Assembly: GCA_951406725.2 (NCBI GenBank)
Contig: OX597830.1
Location: 48,050,001 to 48,114,000, forward strand
Length of the DNA: 64,000 nt
Direction: 5' to 3'
Source of the DNA: Octopus vulgaris
Lineage: Eukaryota
Below are positions 51,829 to 64,000 of the stretch, piece after piece. The notes beneath the pieces were generated by a model that had not been told where the DNA came from, searched no databases, and saw only the letters and a list, made by a program, of their open reading frames with translations. Numbering within the stretch: the first letter of the stretch is position 1; each line of letters begins with the position of its first letter. The translations under genes were made by a program, and so were the position numbers.

Positions 51829-53495
51829 TTAGACCAATCCAAAGCGTTCAATAGGGTAGACTATTAATATCTGGTGGCGGTCCTCGCGGCGGCTGGCTTC
51901 GGCCCGACCTCCCTTGGATAGATCACCGCTTTATACAGCGACATCGAATCGGTAGTTCGGGTGAACGGTTTCTTTTCGGAGCCGCTCTGCATTGAACGAT
52001 CGATACATCAATGGTGCTCTCTCTCTCTAAGCTTCTCTATGTCTTGGCCCTCGAGCCATTGCTGAGGAAGTAAGAGGCTCTGCAAGATCTAGGGTGTAGA
52101 AAGTCAACTTTGGCATACGCGGACGACACCACTGTCATCGTATCCCGGATCGATCATCTACAGCGGATAGGTGAGGCCTTAAGAGATTACGAAGCGGTGG
52201 CAGCGGCGAAAATTAACCGGGAGAAATCGTTCGGCTTGCAAATCGGCACCTGAAGGGGCAAGTCGATGCTTTCCGACAGCGTCGTGGGACGTTGAACAGA
52301 GGGGCCGGTGAAAAAGCTTGGAGTCTGGTTTGGTCCAGATCTCCAGATGGAGAAAAATTGGAGCGTGTTGCGAGCAAGGTGGCTCTCCTAATTCAGACCT
52401 GCTCTGAGCGGAGGCTGTCCTTGAAAGGGAGGGCGATGGTTGCAGAGGTTTTTATTACCTCTGTAATCACCTACCACCTGACCGTCGCGCCATGTCCCGA
52501 TTCGTGGTTAAACAAGATGGAACACATGCTCTTCCGCTTCTTGTGAAGGGGCAGCAATTCTCTTGTAAGGCACTCAATCTGCTGTCAAAAGCCGCTGAAG
52601 GGTAGGCTCGGGATGCCGTTGCTAAAAATGCGCAGACATGCGCTGAAGCTTAGGCACCCCTGGTTTTCCTGGACGGTGAGCAGGTGTAGCTTCCGTTTGT
52701 CAAGCTGGTATTTCCATAGTTCACATCTTTTACTGAACTGGACCCATGGATCAAGCGTAGAACGAGGTTGGGTGCGTGGCAAGCAGAGTGCCATGAGGCA
52801 CTCGTGTTTCTCTCCCAATCGGACAACGCCGGAAGCAGGGGTACTACCTCGTCTTTCTTATTGAGGGTTAGTAGAGCTCAAGTGTGGCGACGTCGTGGGA
52901 ATCCTAGGCTTCGACGAAGATCGACTCGCCAACCTATTCCGAAGAGCCTTCGGGCCGGGACCTATGGATAATTACTAAAAGTCTCTGGCCTGGAAATGTT
53001 AAAGAGGAGCTTTACCGGTTCGAAATAAGCTCTTTAAACACGGGTGTGCGCCTTCGCCGGTTTATGCAAGATGCGAGCAGGACAGTGAAACTGACCTGCA
53101 CGCGATTGTGCAATGCCCCAAGGTGACTGAGCTCTGGGCTTATGTCGAGCACCTACTGTCGTATTCGAGAAGAGTACAACTGTCGAACGAATCTGTAATT
53201 AAGATCATTCCGCTGCCCTACCTGAATAGGGAGGAGCGAGCTTGTTTTCTCTCGGTAGTTGCTCTTGTGAAAGAGGTAGTATGGAAGACGAGAGTGAAAG
53301 GAATTGCGACAGACATTTTCGTCTCAAGCCTCGGCTTAGTCAACTGCTTCCTTTTCCACAAGGAAAGGAAAATAAGGCTGGAAAAGAAATGCCTGTTGCA
53401 AAGTGTGTCGCGTAAGAGATGGAAGTCAGTAGCAAGTATGTTGCGAGTGAAAGATCCTGCTTAAGCGAGGACAAAAAAAGGAAAAAAATAAAGTA
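51829..53495 (+). mobile_element. 5'-truncated L1/Tx1-clade LINE (RT to C-terminus), decayed
   Basis: [34 protein letters not shown]; A-rich end. Confidence 0.85.
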
Positions 53496-53562
53496 TTCAG
53501 GGTGAGGGTGTCGACCGCATCCTCCGCTTCATTTTTTGTTAATCATTCATTCTCATTTAATT

Positions 53563-53956
53563 ACTCTTTTACTTGTTTCAGTCATTTGACTGCGGCCATG
53601 CTGGAGCACCACCTTTAGTCGAACAACTCGACCCCGAGATTTATTCTTTGTAAGCCCAGTACTTATTCTATCGGTCTCTTTCGCCGAACCGCTAAGTGAC
53701 GGGGACATAAACACACAAGCATCGGTTGTCAAGCAATGCTAGGGGGACAAACACAGACACACAAACACACACGCACACACATAGATATATACATATATAC
53801 GACGAGCTTCTTTCAGTTTCCGTCTACCAAATCCACTCACAAAGCTTTGGTCGGCCCGAGGCTATAGTAGAAGACACTTGCCCAAGGTGCCACGCAGTGG
53901 GACTGAACCCGGAACCATGTGGTTGGTAAGCAAGCTACTTACCACATAGCCACTCG
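53563..53956 (-). mobile_element. tRNA-derived SINE, near full-length
   Basis: Head gagtggctatgtggtaag (A-box) ... ggttcagtccc (B-box), ccttgggcaagtgtct core, tail gaaacaagtaaaaga; related fragments at ~55340-55500, 56987-57160 and ~63450-63630. Confidence 0.85.
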
Positions 53957-54317
53957 TATATATTTAAATTTTCTATTCATACGTTTCGTTCCATTCGATC
54001 CCCTGACCCCAATGTTTGCTTTGTCTGGCCTCGTATCGTCTCCTCTTTTTCTTAACCTTATATGGTGAATAAAGAAATTGACTGTTCACGAGTTCCTTCA
54101 ACATTTGACGGGTCTTATTTTTCATCTCGCATGATGTCCAACACCCTCCACACCAAGCAAGCTTGGTGGGGTTGCCAGTTTAGTCGCCGACGGCCCCACC
54201 ATGCGACAGGTTGTACTGGATTACATGATACCAGTAGAACTCAGGCGCGACCTGATAAAACGTACGTAACATACATAAATACATACTTAAATACATACAT
54301 ACATTACATACATACAA

Positions 54318-54365
<48 letters not shown>

Positions 54366-54606
54366 ATACATTGATAGCATACATAATACACACACACACA
54401 CACACACACACAATATATATATTTATATATAAACATAAATATATGTATATATATATATATATATATACTTTAAATAAAACATATTACTCTACCTCTGGTA
54501 TGTTAGTACTTTTTTCCACCTTGTTTCACATTTATGTGCTTTTTCTGGTATTATATATATATATATATATATATACATATATATACATATATATACATAT
54601 ATCTAA

Positions 54607-54656
<50 letters not shown>

Positions 54657-54692
54657 GTCTGTCTATCTATCTATCTATCTATATATATGTAT

Positions 54693-54758
<66 letters not shown>

Positions 54759-56201
54759 TACATACATGCATAACATACACACATACACACATACATAATA
54801 CAGTGAGAGAGACAGTGATGCAAATAAACAGGTTTGGTCTTGGTATATGAAATTAACATTCACACACACACACACACGCGCGCGCGTGCGCGCGCACACA
54901 CTGCCAAATGATGATGTTCACGTATTATATCTCGCTTTTTCAGGACTAGATATTATCATGTTATCAACCATCCATCCAGTGAGTTATGAGGCGCATAATC
55001 AATCCGACACGCGCTCATTGTTCTCAGACGGCATTACTTCGATTTTCCCCTTTTGCTTCAAATACTAAAGTCACATTTCCCCCTTCATTTACGTTGAATG
55101 ACAATAAAACTGGGGTTAATTTAGATAAATCTCTCTCTTACGAGAGGTTCTCTCATGGAATGTTACTCAGTATCCTGTGTTCTAACACAACATCTACTTT
55201 AAGGTGGGAGACAAATATTACCTTTTGGTAGTTAGACAGCTTCTGTTGCTATTAATTACTTTAGACGTGTGTGTATGTGTGTGCGCGTGTGTGTATGGTT
55301 GTGTGCGAGTGGGGGTGCGCGCGTGTGCATGCGCGTGCGCCCCCCTCAACACCGTGTGACAACCAATGTTGGTGTGTTTAGAGACCGAATTTATAAGTAT
55401 TGAGCTTGAAAAACGATAAATACTGCGATCAGTTCATGCTTCAAGGCGATGCCCCAGCATGGCCACACTCTAATGAATGGAACAAGTAAAAGATAAAAGA
55501 ACAAATAATTTCCAAAGAAATTTCATATTTTTGCAGTTTTCTTACAGGATTCCAACAATTTTATCATTTTGGAAATATTTGTGAAATTTCTTCGTGTAGC
55601 GCTAGTTTTCTACAGAATCATTTTATAGAGAAAACATCGTATTTATACACAATCACTAAATATTATTATGGAACACATTAAAACTGCCATTGAGTTTGAT
55701 TTTAAAAGAAAACTGGAAATGCGTGGAGAGAAATGTAAGAATATTTAGCTTACCAAAAATGGAGGACAACCTGCGAAATAGTTTGAGCATTTTGAAACGT
55801 TGAAAGTTATTGAAACTGCAGAGCGAATCGTTGAGTGTCGAGTGCCCGAGAGGAAATTGTAAAAATATATTTTCTCGACATCGCCGTCTGTTTTATATTG
55901 GTCTGAAGGATATTTGTATTGCGTCATTGGTGGGGAGGAGGGCCTCATCATCATCATCATCATCACCATCATCATCACTAGTTGTAGTGGTAGTTATAGT
56001 AGTAGTAAGAGTAGCAGCGGTTTCTCAATCACTATGAAGACGATGGTGATTCAGATAGGTACGATGATGATGATCATCATCATGATGATAGTGATGATGA
56101 TAATGGTGGTAGATTATTATTATTCTTTTTTTGTAACTCCCACACATTCACACAAGGTGATCAAAATGACAGCAGCAGCATCAACAACAACAACAACAAC
56201 A

Positions 56202-56234
<33 letters not shown>

Positions 56235-56419
56235 TATTATTGTTATTATTAATATTATTATTATTATCATTATTGTTGTTGTTGTTATATCTTCTTCCGT
56301 TTTTAGTAAACACTCATGTTTATCAAATTCCATCAATTATTTCTCTAACAATCATGAAACGTGAACTTGGTAAACAACAGATCTGATGCATTGGAGCTCT
56401 TGTTATTTAGCAACGATAA

Positions 56420-56620
56420 GTCGGTGAGCTGGCAAAATCGTTAGCCCGCCGGACGGAAAGCGTAGCGGTGTTTACCCCGTCGCTACGTTCTGAGTTCAAA
56501 TTCCACCGATGTCGACTTTACCTTTCATCCCTTCCGGGTCGATAAATTAAGTATCAGATGAATACTGAGGTCCATGTCATCGACTAGCCCACACCCCACA
56601 AATCTAAGCCCTTGTGCCTC
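56420..56620 (+). mobile_element. tRNA-derived SINE (second family)
   Basis: ggtgagctggcaaaatcgttagc...gagttcaaattcc...gtcgac. Confidence 0.8.
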
Positions 56621-57337
56621 CAGGAGAAATTACTCAATGTCGATGTTATTCTAAAAATCGACTCCTTTCATTGGTTTTATATAAAGTAGACGGTCGAGGT
56701 GAACCGGAGCAATGAAAACACAATGATAACAAGGTTATCAAGATTCTCTATGAAGACAAATTTTAAACGGCGACATTCCGGTATCTGACTCTTGCTCATT
56801 CCTCTTTTAATATTCTCTTTAAAGATGCTTTGGTGTGAATTAAAAGAAATTGGCAGCTAATTCTAGCCAGTCAAACGAAAAATTAGGAAACCTTTACGAA
56901 AATATTATCACTGTGTTATCAAAACTCCAGTTTAACTCCAAAGAAAGGCATTCCAGTGATGGCTATAAGAGGATTCCTTTTTTAGTATGGCTATGAGATA
57001 AGAGATTTGCTTCCCGACCACATGGTTTCGATTTTGATTCCTGTTTCGGCCCCACTGCGTGGTACCTTGGGTAAGCATCTTGTATTATAAGTGTCGGGCC
57101 AACCAAAACTTTGTGAGTGAATTTGCAGCACGAACCCAAGAGAAAACCGTTGTATGCATATATATATATTATATAGTGACAATGAGGATATTCAAACCTC
57201 TTATAAGGATATTTATCCAAGATACACTGGTTTCATATATTAAATTTAAAATCGTTTCATATCAAACATTTTTATTGAGTGAATAAACCATGTGAGTGGA
57301 TTTGGTGGAAGGAAAGTAAAAGAAGCCCATCGTATAA

Positions 57338-57383
<46 letters not shown>

Positions 57384-57399
57384 TGGTTGTGTACTCCTT

Positions 57400-59740
57400 A
57401 TACAGAGTTTGACCACCTCCTGTACCTACAGCTTAGCACCATCATGGCGTCTGATGTAGCTTTTTAAACTAGACAATGTTCTTGAAAGAGACCCACATAG
57501 GTTGCACCTCTGATTTGGACCACCAATACCTACAGATAAGTTCTGCTATTTGTGAGTCTTATCATGTCTTTTGAGGCCTCCGTTGGAGCTGCAAACCTTC
57601 TGGCATACACTGCATTCAAAGTTGTGCACAGACATATAGGCAGAATAGTTGGTGGAGGTTCGTTTTCCATAGGTTCACAAATGAGATTTGATGCCAGCCA
57701 AAGACAGGCATGGTCTGTAATAGATTGTGCACACAAAAAAGGTCATTGTCATTCACCTTCTCGATCATTACATTCTTCCTTAGATCTCTTTTGAGTCTTA
57801 CTTGCGTTATCCTGGCCTCTTGAAATGATTTTACTCCACTCCACACTTTTGTTCGCCATCCAGCTCGATCCAAAGCAAGGGTTTCTATATCTTTTGGAAC
57901 CATTCCAAGTGACTTCATAGTAATCCTTATGCCGTCCTTAAACCTTTTTTTACGTTTACACCGATAGCATTTCCCCTCTGCAAGGTCGCCATAAAACAGT
58001 TGTTTCGGCATGCGTTCATCTGCCATTCGAACAATATGGCCACACCATCTCATTTGGTTCCTCAAAATCATAGCTTTAATTGAGATGATACCTGCAGATG
58101 CAAGGACATCTGCGTTGGAGTAAAAGAATTCCATTTAATGCTTCGCTGGCACTAAACGCGCGACTCCAAGCCACTAAATGCTTTTGATACCCTTTGAATT
58201 CACAGATGTATTTTTGTATCAAGGTTTCCAGAATTATGAACAGAGCTTCCAAGTTAGAAGAACGAATCGATAACCTCAACTAACTTACCCTTAACAAAAG
58301 TTTTAGTGGGGTTAGTACCACACGCAGGTTGATGCATTACGACCGTTTTGTTTCAAGTTGATGGTCAAGCGAAAGTCATCACAAGCTGAGTCAAATGCAG
58401 ATACAAGAGATTGCAGACCTGATTCAGAATGACAGACAAGATCGCAATCATCAGCAAAGAAAAGTTCCCTAATGGGTGAAGTAAAAAACCTTCGTTTTAA
58501 ATTTCAGTCTGGTCAGATTAAAAACATTTCCTGTGGTTCGATATTTTATGTAAATATTTTCCTCGGAGTTTTGAAAAGCATGTGACAACACAACAGCAAA
58601 GTATATTACAAAGAGGGTGGGTGTATCAAGGTCTCCATGCTTTACTCCATTTTCCACGGCAAAAGATTCAGAGAGCCTACCACCAAAATTATATCTAGCT
58701 TTCATATCTTGATGCAAAGCCCTGATAATGTTTACAAATTATTCTGGACAACATATTTTCTTTAGAATTAGCCTCAGAACATTTCGATTATCAGTATCGA
58801 ATGCGTTTCTCAAATGAATAAAGCAATGGTATAGAGCAAGATTCTGTTCAATGCTCTTTTCTTGTAATTGTCTGACAATAAAGATACAATCAGCTGTGCC
58901 TCTGCAGGAACGAAAACCACACTGAGACTCAGACACTATATTTGGAAATATAAAGGAAATATAAAGGTATAAAGGTTGTAACAAAATGCAGGCAAGTACC
59001 TTTCCAACCACAAACAAAAGCGAAATCCCACGAAAATAACCGCACAGATCCTTTGGTCTCGATTTATACAAGGAGACTAAAATGGCATCAATCCAGTCTT
59101 GAGGCACTTTCTCAGTTCTCCAACAGTGACAAATTAATATAATTAAGAGTTCAAACATATCTCAAGACTTCTGCACAAATTCCATCAGACTCTGGAGACT
59201 TATTGTTATTCAGCTTATTCACAGCTAAATAAATGTCATTTAGAATTGTTTCAAATGCCATCTCTTCTCTAACTGGAAGGTGTTCAATTTTTTTCTATCG
59301 CCCTCATGTCAACGGATGATGGTCTTTTCAAAAGTACAGAAAGTGTTCTACCCAACGCTTATGAATAGAAGCGGTCTCAGTCAAAAATAAACGTCCCTTT
59401 GTTGTTCTCACTAGAGCTATTGAGGAAGATTTTGGGTCATATTCCTCCTTAACATAAGAGTACAAACCCTTGGGATCATTTCTATCAGCTACTTATTGTG
59501 CTCCTTTTGCTCTATCATTCCACCATTCTTGTTTAATTTCCCTCAGAGCAATCTGCACCCCCCCCTTTCAGCTTTCTGTAAGTTTCGTTTGACTTGGGTT
59601 TCAAGGACTGAGAAAGAAGTGTATTGCCTAAGTTTTGTTTTTCTAAAAGTAAATCATGAAATTCTGCTGATCTATCTGAGAACCAATCACTGGATTTATG
59701 AGATTTAAATTCCACCGATGAACTTGCAGCCTGAAATACT
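57400..59740 (-). mobile_element. RTE-clade LINE, 5'-truncated and decayed
   Basis: VPQDWIDA..VSLYK, FRGISLL, ESQCGFR...RQLQEK, FADD, MRWCGHIVRMADERMPKQLFYG. Confidence 0.88.
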
Positions 59741-59749
59741 TTTGTTTTG

Positions 59750-59789
<40 letters not shown>

Positions 59790-59798
59790 GTATATATA

Positions 59799-59831
<33 letters not shown>

Positions 59832-59832
59832 G

Positions 59833-59899
<67 letters not shown>

Positions 59900-59949
59900 A
59901 TATATTTATGTATGTACGTTTGTGTGTATGTGTGTTTAGGTAGATTGAC

Positions 59950-59998
<49 letters not shown>

Positions 59999-61116
59999 TA
60001 CCATATCATATTAATATCAACTATTTCATTATGTCTGACTTTATCTTTTGAACAATATAAATATTCTTATTCTATCTCTAACAGATTATGTCGAATTGGT
60101 TCCTAAGTTACACCCTTAGATATAAAACAACAGAATAATACAAATAACGCCAAGTGTCGAAAAACAACATTATCGATCGCGTTGTCACGTTTCAAACTCG
60201 TATTTATTTATTCACATTTTGAAGCCATTTTTTGTGATCATAGTTTTTATTTGTAAGTGTAGCCTGTATGCACCTGTTTATATTCACTTATTACCTTCTA
60301 AACCTCATTGTTTGGATTTTGACAGAGAACTATTTGTCAACAAGCCTGTGGTTTGAGTCCTTGTGGGTTGGTTGCTTGAATTTGTTTATGTTCTGGACAC
60401 CTTCCCTACAAACACGTGTCCTTGGCTCAAAGTTAGAAATCATTAAACTATAGAACGAATGCAAAAATATGAAATTGATCGGCCGATGAATTATTAACAC
60501 GCAAATAGGCAGGGCTTTTCCTTTTCATCTTACAATCATGTTTCAGTTTAAGATGTTCGATTTAGTTCAAGGATAGGCAGAATCAATAAAGTGAGAGACA
60601 AAATCGCATCCAGTATTTAGTTACGATCCTTCCCATCTTAAGTTCATATCCCACTCAAATCAAATTTGCTATTTCATTCTTCCTCGAATTCACTTTAATA
60701 TTCATTTAGAGGGCCCGAAATTTGAATGGAATTATTATGGAAGACCAAGATATTTATCCAAAATCGGTTCTCAATTGGTGGTGATTTTATCAAAAATATT
60801 AAAGTCGTCGTATTCAGCTCCCTTCTCCTCTGTTCCTATTTAAATATACTTCAATATAAAATTATTTTTAGCAGGCGATAAATTGAATTTGATTGTTTCT
60901 TTTAACTCTTTCTGATTAATAACTTGAATCAAATATCTTATGGGGTTTCCCTGACCGGAAGTGAAACGGATGCTTTCATTTTTTCAGTCACGCATACATA
61001 CTCTAGGTACAGACAAACATTCGTGCATACACACATTCATATACAAGAATCCTTTTCTACTCTAGAAACAAGGCCCGAAATTTTGTGGTGGTGGTGTTGG
61101 GGGGGGGGACAGTTCA

Positions 61117-61648
61117 TTAGATCGACCACAGTGCGCAACTGGGACTTAATTTATCGACCAGGGAAGGATGAAAGGTAAAGTCGACCTCGGCGGAATTTGA
61201 ACTCAGAACCCAACGGCAGACGAAATACCTATTTCTTTTCTACCCACAAGGGGCTAAACACAGAGAGGACAAACAAGGACAGACAAACGGACGGGTTAAG
61301 TCGATTATATCGACCCCAGTGCGTAACTGGTACTTGATTCATCGACCCCGATATGATGAAAGACAAAGTCGACCTCGGCTGAATTTGAACTCAGAGCGTA
61401 ACGGCAGACGAAATACCTATTTCTTTACTACCTACAAGGGGCTAAACACAGAGAGGACAAACAAGGACAGGCAAATGGATTAAGTCGATTATATCGACCC
61501 CAGTGCGTGACTAGTACTTATTTAATCGACCCCGAAAGGATGAAAGGCAAAGTCGACCTCGTGGGAATTTGAACTCAGAACGTTACGGGAGACGAAATAC
61601 AGCTACGCATTTCGCCCGGCGTGCTAACGAATCTGCCAGCTCGCCGCC
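61117..61648 (-). mobile_element. tRNA-derived SINE with ~3 tandem ~185-bp body units
   Basis: One head at 61648; the body aaagtcgacctc...atttgaactcag recurs at ~61177, ~61365 and ~61550. Confidence 0.85.
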
Positions 61649-61657
61649 TTATTCATA

Positions 61658-62427
61658 TACTAAAAATGAAAAATTCGCTCGTTCAAAAGGGTTACAGAAT
61701 GTTATGATAAACCTTTAAAAGCATGGGAATAGCATTGTTGCTCAAAATTATTGGAATCACTACATATTGTACATTGTACGGCATTTTAAAACGAAAAGGG
61801 ACTTATGTGTGACTTACGATGTCACGATAATTATTAAACCGAGTTCTTAATAAAATAAAAAAAAATCTGGAAATGTACAAATTATGATCTTTAACTTCAA
61901 ATAAGTAAATTCGTTTGAATACTTTGATACCAAAATAAATAAAAACATATTTCACACTGCATGCAAATTTCCATGATAATAAAAGAAGCTGGATTTATGA
62001 TGAAGTCGAATCTATATAACAGCGAAAGTAATAAACCAAAACAATTATATGCAAAGAGAATTTGCCTTATGATACACATATTAATGGAACCGTTATGCGA
62101 ATTAAACAAATTACTACTAAATTATTTTTGATTCATTACTTGTAAATTTATATAAATTATCATTGGTAGATTGAATTATCGCCTAAAGATGTATTTGTTC
62201 ACAAAAGTTTTGTTAAAAGTGAATATACGATAATCTAACTTAATTAACTTTTAATATAACTTAATTTCGATGAACTAAACAAATTTCTTGTGATAAAAAG
62301 ATGCCACAGAATGTACAATATATAGTGATTCCAATATTTTTGAGTAAGAATGCTACTCCTATACTTTCTAAAGGCTTATTATAACATTCTGCAAGCCTTT
62401 TGAGCGTTCGCATTTTTCAGTTCTAGT
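61658..62427. mobile_element. Old MITE-like element with ~130-bp imperfect TIRs
   Basis: actaaaaatgaaaaattcgctcgttcaaaaggg...cagaatgttat...ttggaatcacta..tattgtacatt is mirrored at ~62300-62427. Confidence 0.75.
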
Positions 62428-62458
62428 TTCGTACTTTCTAAGGTAACGCTTGTAATAT

Positions 62459-62819
62459 TCTATATATATAAAGCTGAAGTTGTCTGTGTATGGCAGGTTA
62501 GGTAGCCTTCAACTAACACTATCTCCTCCGAGACCCTGAGGCCCAAGTTGACCAAAATTGAGAGTATGATAGAAGAAGGCTTGCCCTTCCTTCAGTAGAA
62601 GAAAATTTCAAATCAGACCATGTTAAGACCAAAAATTATTTACTTAAAAAGGTGCGTTTTTTCTATGAAAATCCCTATGTTTTACGAGTTTTTGACTGCT
62701 GTGTCGCCATTTTTCGGTGTATTTCAAGCAGAAAAATGTTCACTTAAAGAGAATAACAAGCTATATTCCAATTCTAAAGGGTCGAAACAAACCCGAGCAA
62801 CGCCGGGCGATATTATTAG
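62459..62819 (+). mobile_element. Non-autonomous Helitron-like element
   Basis: 5' TC(tatatatataaag); subterminal hairpin cccgagcaacgccggg ~10 nt before a (T)TAG end. Confidence 0.7.
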
Positions 62820-63393
62820 TATTCTATATATGCACCGTATTTCTCCTAATGGTGTGGCAACCTCTAATAAAGTGACATCCAAACGCCGACCAATTGAATA
62901 TTGTAACTGTTACAATATTATTTGTTTATTATCATATGGAGAGATACTGAACAGTAGCTAGTATATTATAAGTTGTACTATAAAGAAATGCATTTTAAAA
63001 ATTATCAATAATATTGATTTTTAGAAAATCATGAGCAAAATTTAAAACGACGTACCATGCAAAGCGAGAAGGCGAAAATGAGTAAGAAAAAAATTCTCGA
63101 AGACAGCTGCATGCCAAACTATCGCTCATTGGTTGATTGAATAAAAAATGATCGATAAGACGCGATCACCACGCAAACGGCCACGGGACCCTTACACGTT
63201 CATTCGCATCCTAAGTATATATTGTCATACACCCAGTAGACTCGACTATAGCATTCTATTGTCGGTCACTGCGTGCTTGACAGATACAGTACTAATAGAG
63301 TCTTATAATACGCGAATCCACCCAGCCGTTTGGCTGAGAATCTCGAGAAAGAAAGAATACAATCATCCCCATGTCCAGTTTATTTAATAGAAT

Positions 63394-63453
<60 letters not shown>

Positions 63454-64000
63454 CTTTGTGTCTGTGGTTGTCTCCCACTAGCGATTGACCTAGTAACTTA
63501 GCGATTCGGCAAAACAGTCCAATAGAATATGTTTCAGGCTTGAAGATCAGTACTGTAGTCAGTTCGGCGAAAATTCCTCAAGGCGGTGCCCCAGCATGGC
63601 TGCTATCTAATGAATGAAACAAGTAAAAGAATAATAAAACAGAAGAATGGAACTCAGTTTATCCAACGTTCCACCAATTCTTCTAGTTCTCACTTTACAC
63701 TTAAAAACTTTCTGTCCACCATTCTATTATTATAAAAGAGATCAAAACTCGCTTTTTTTATATTCGAACCATCGTAACCGTGTTTGCAAACAAATGCTGT
63801 CTTTTGTACATCTAAATTCCTTATCATATCTAAATATTTCAAAAATTGTTTCATCTTTTCCGAACACGCAGCTATTTAGAAATTGCTGTACAGAGATAAA
63901 AAGAGTTTTTTTTTTCTTCTGTTTTACCTTTTGGTTAAAATATTCAGCCTCTAAATATTTCAAATTGATATCCAACTGAAGGTATTTTTTAAAAATACAA

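Noticed and set aside
53890-53956. tRNA gene
   Set aside because: The A/B boxes belong to a SINE head continuous with SINE core and tail; no convincing cloverleaf.

Overview
AT-rich, microsatellite- and transposon-dense eukaryotic DNA. The SINE and repeat families look like those of an octopus genome (recognised from memory, not searched). The window is organised around a tandem segmental duplication: copy A ~981-31527 and copy B ~38751-50524, separated by a ~7 kb spacer of TE debris. Each copy carries an apparently intact minus-strand, multi-exon gene for a secreted protein (signal peptide + three PAN/Apple-like modules, ~285 aa, all phase-1 GT-AG introns). Its second PAN exon has diverged far more between paralogues than its own introns. 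The introns contain several (TAA)n-targeting R4/Dong-like RLE retrotransposon families, stacked head-to-tail, including one near-intact ~1270-aa element. They show independent insertions at the same paralogous microsatellite, 5'-terminal tandem repeats and a co-varying 3'-UTR stem-loop. Also present: a 221-bp-arm palindrome with a hammerhead-ribozyme-like core, and fossils of hAT, mariner, maT, Gypsy, Helitron, L1/Tx1 and RTE elements, MITEs and tRNA-derived SINEs. All alignments and counts were done by eye, so boundaries of decayed TEs are approximate.
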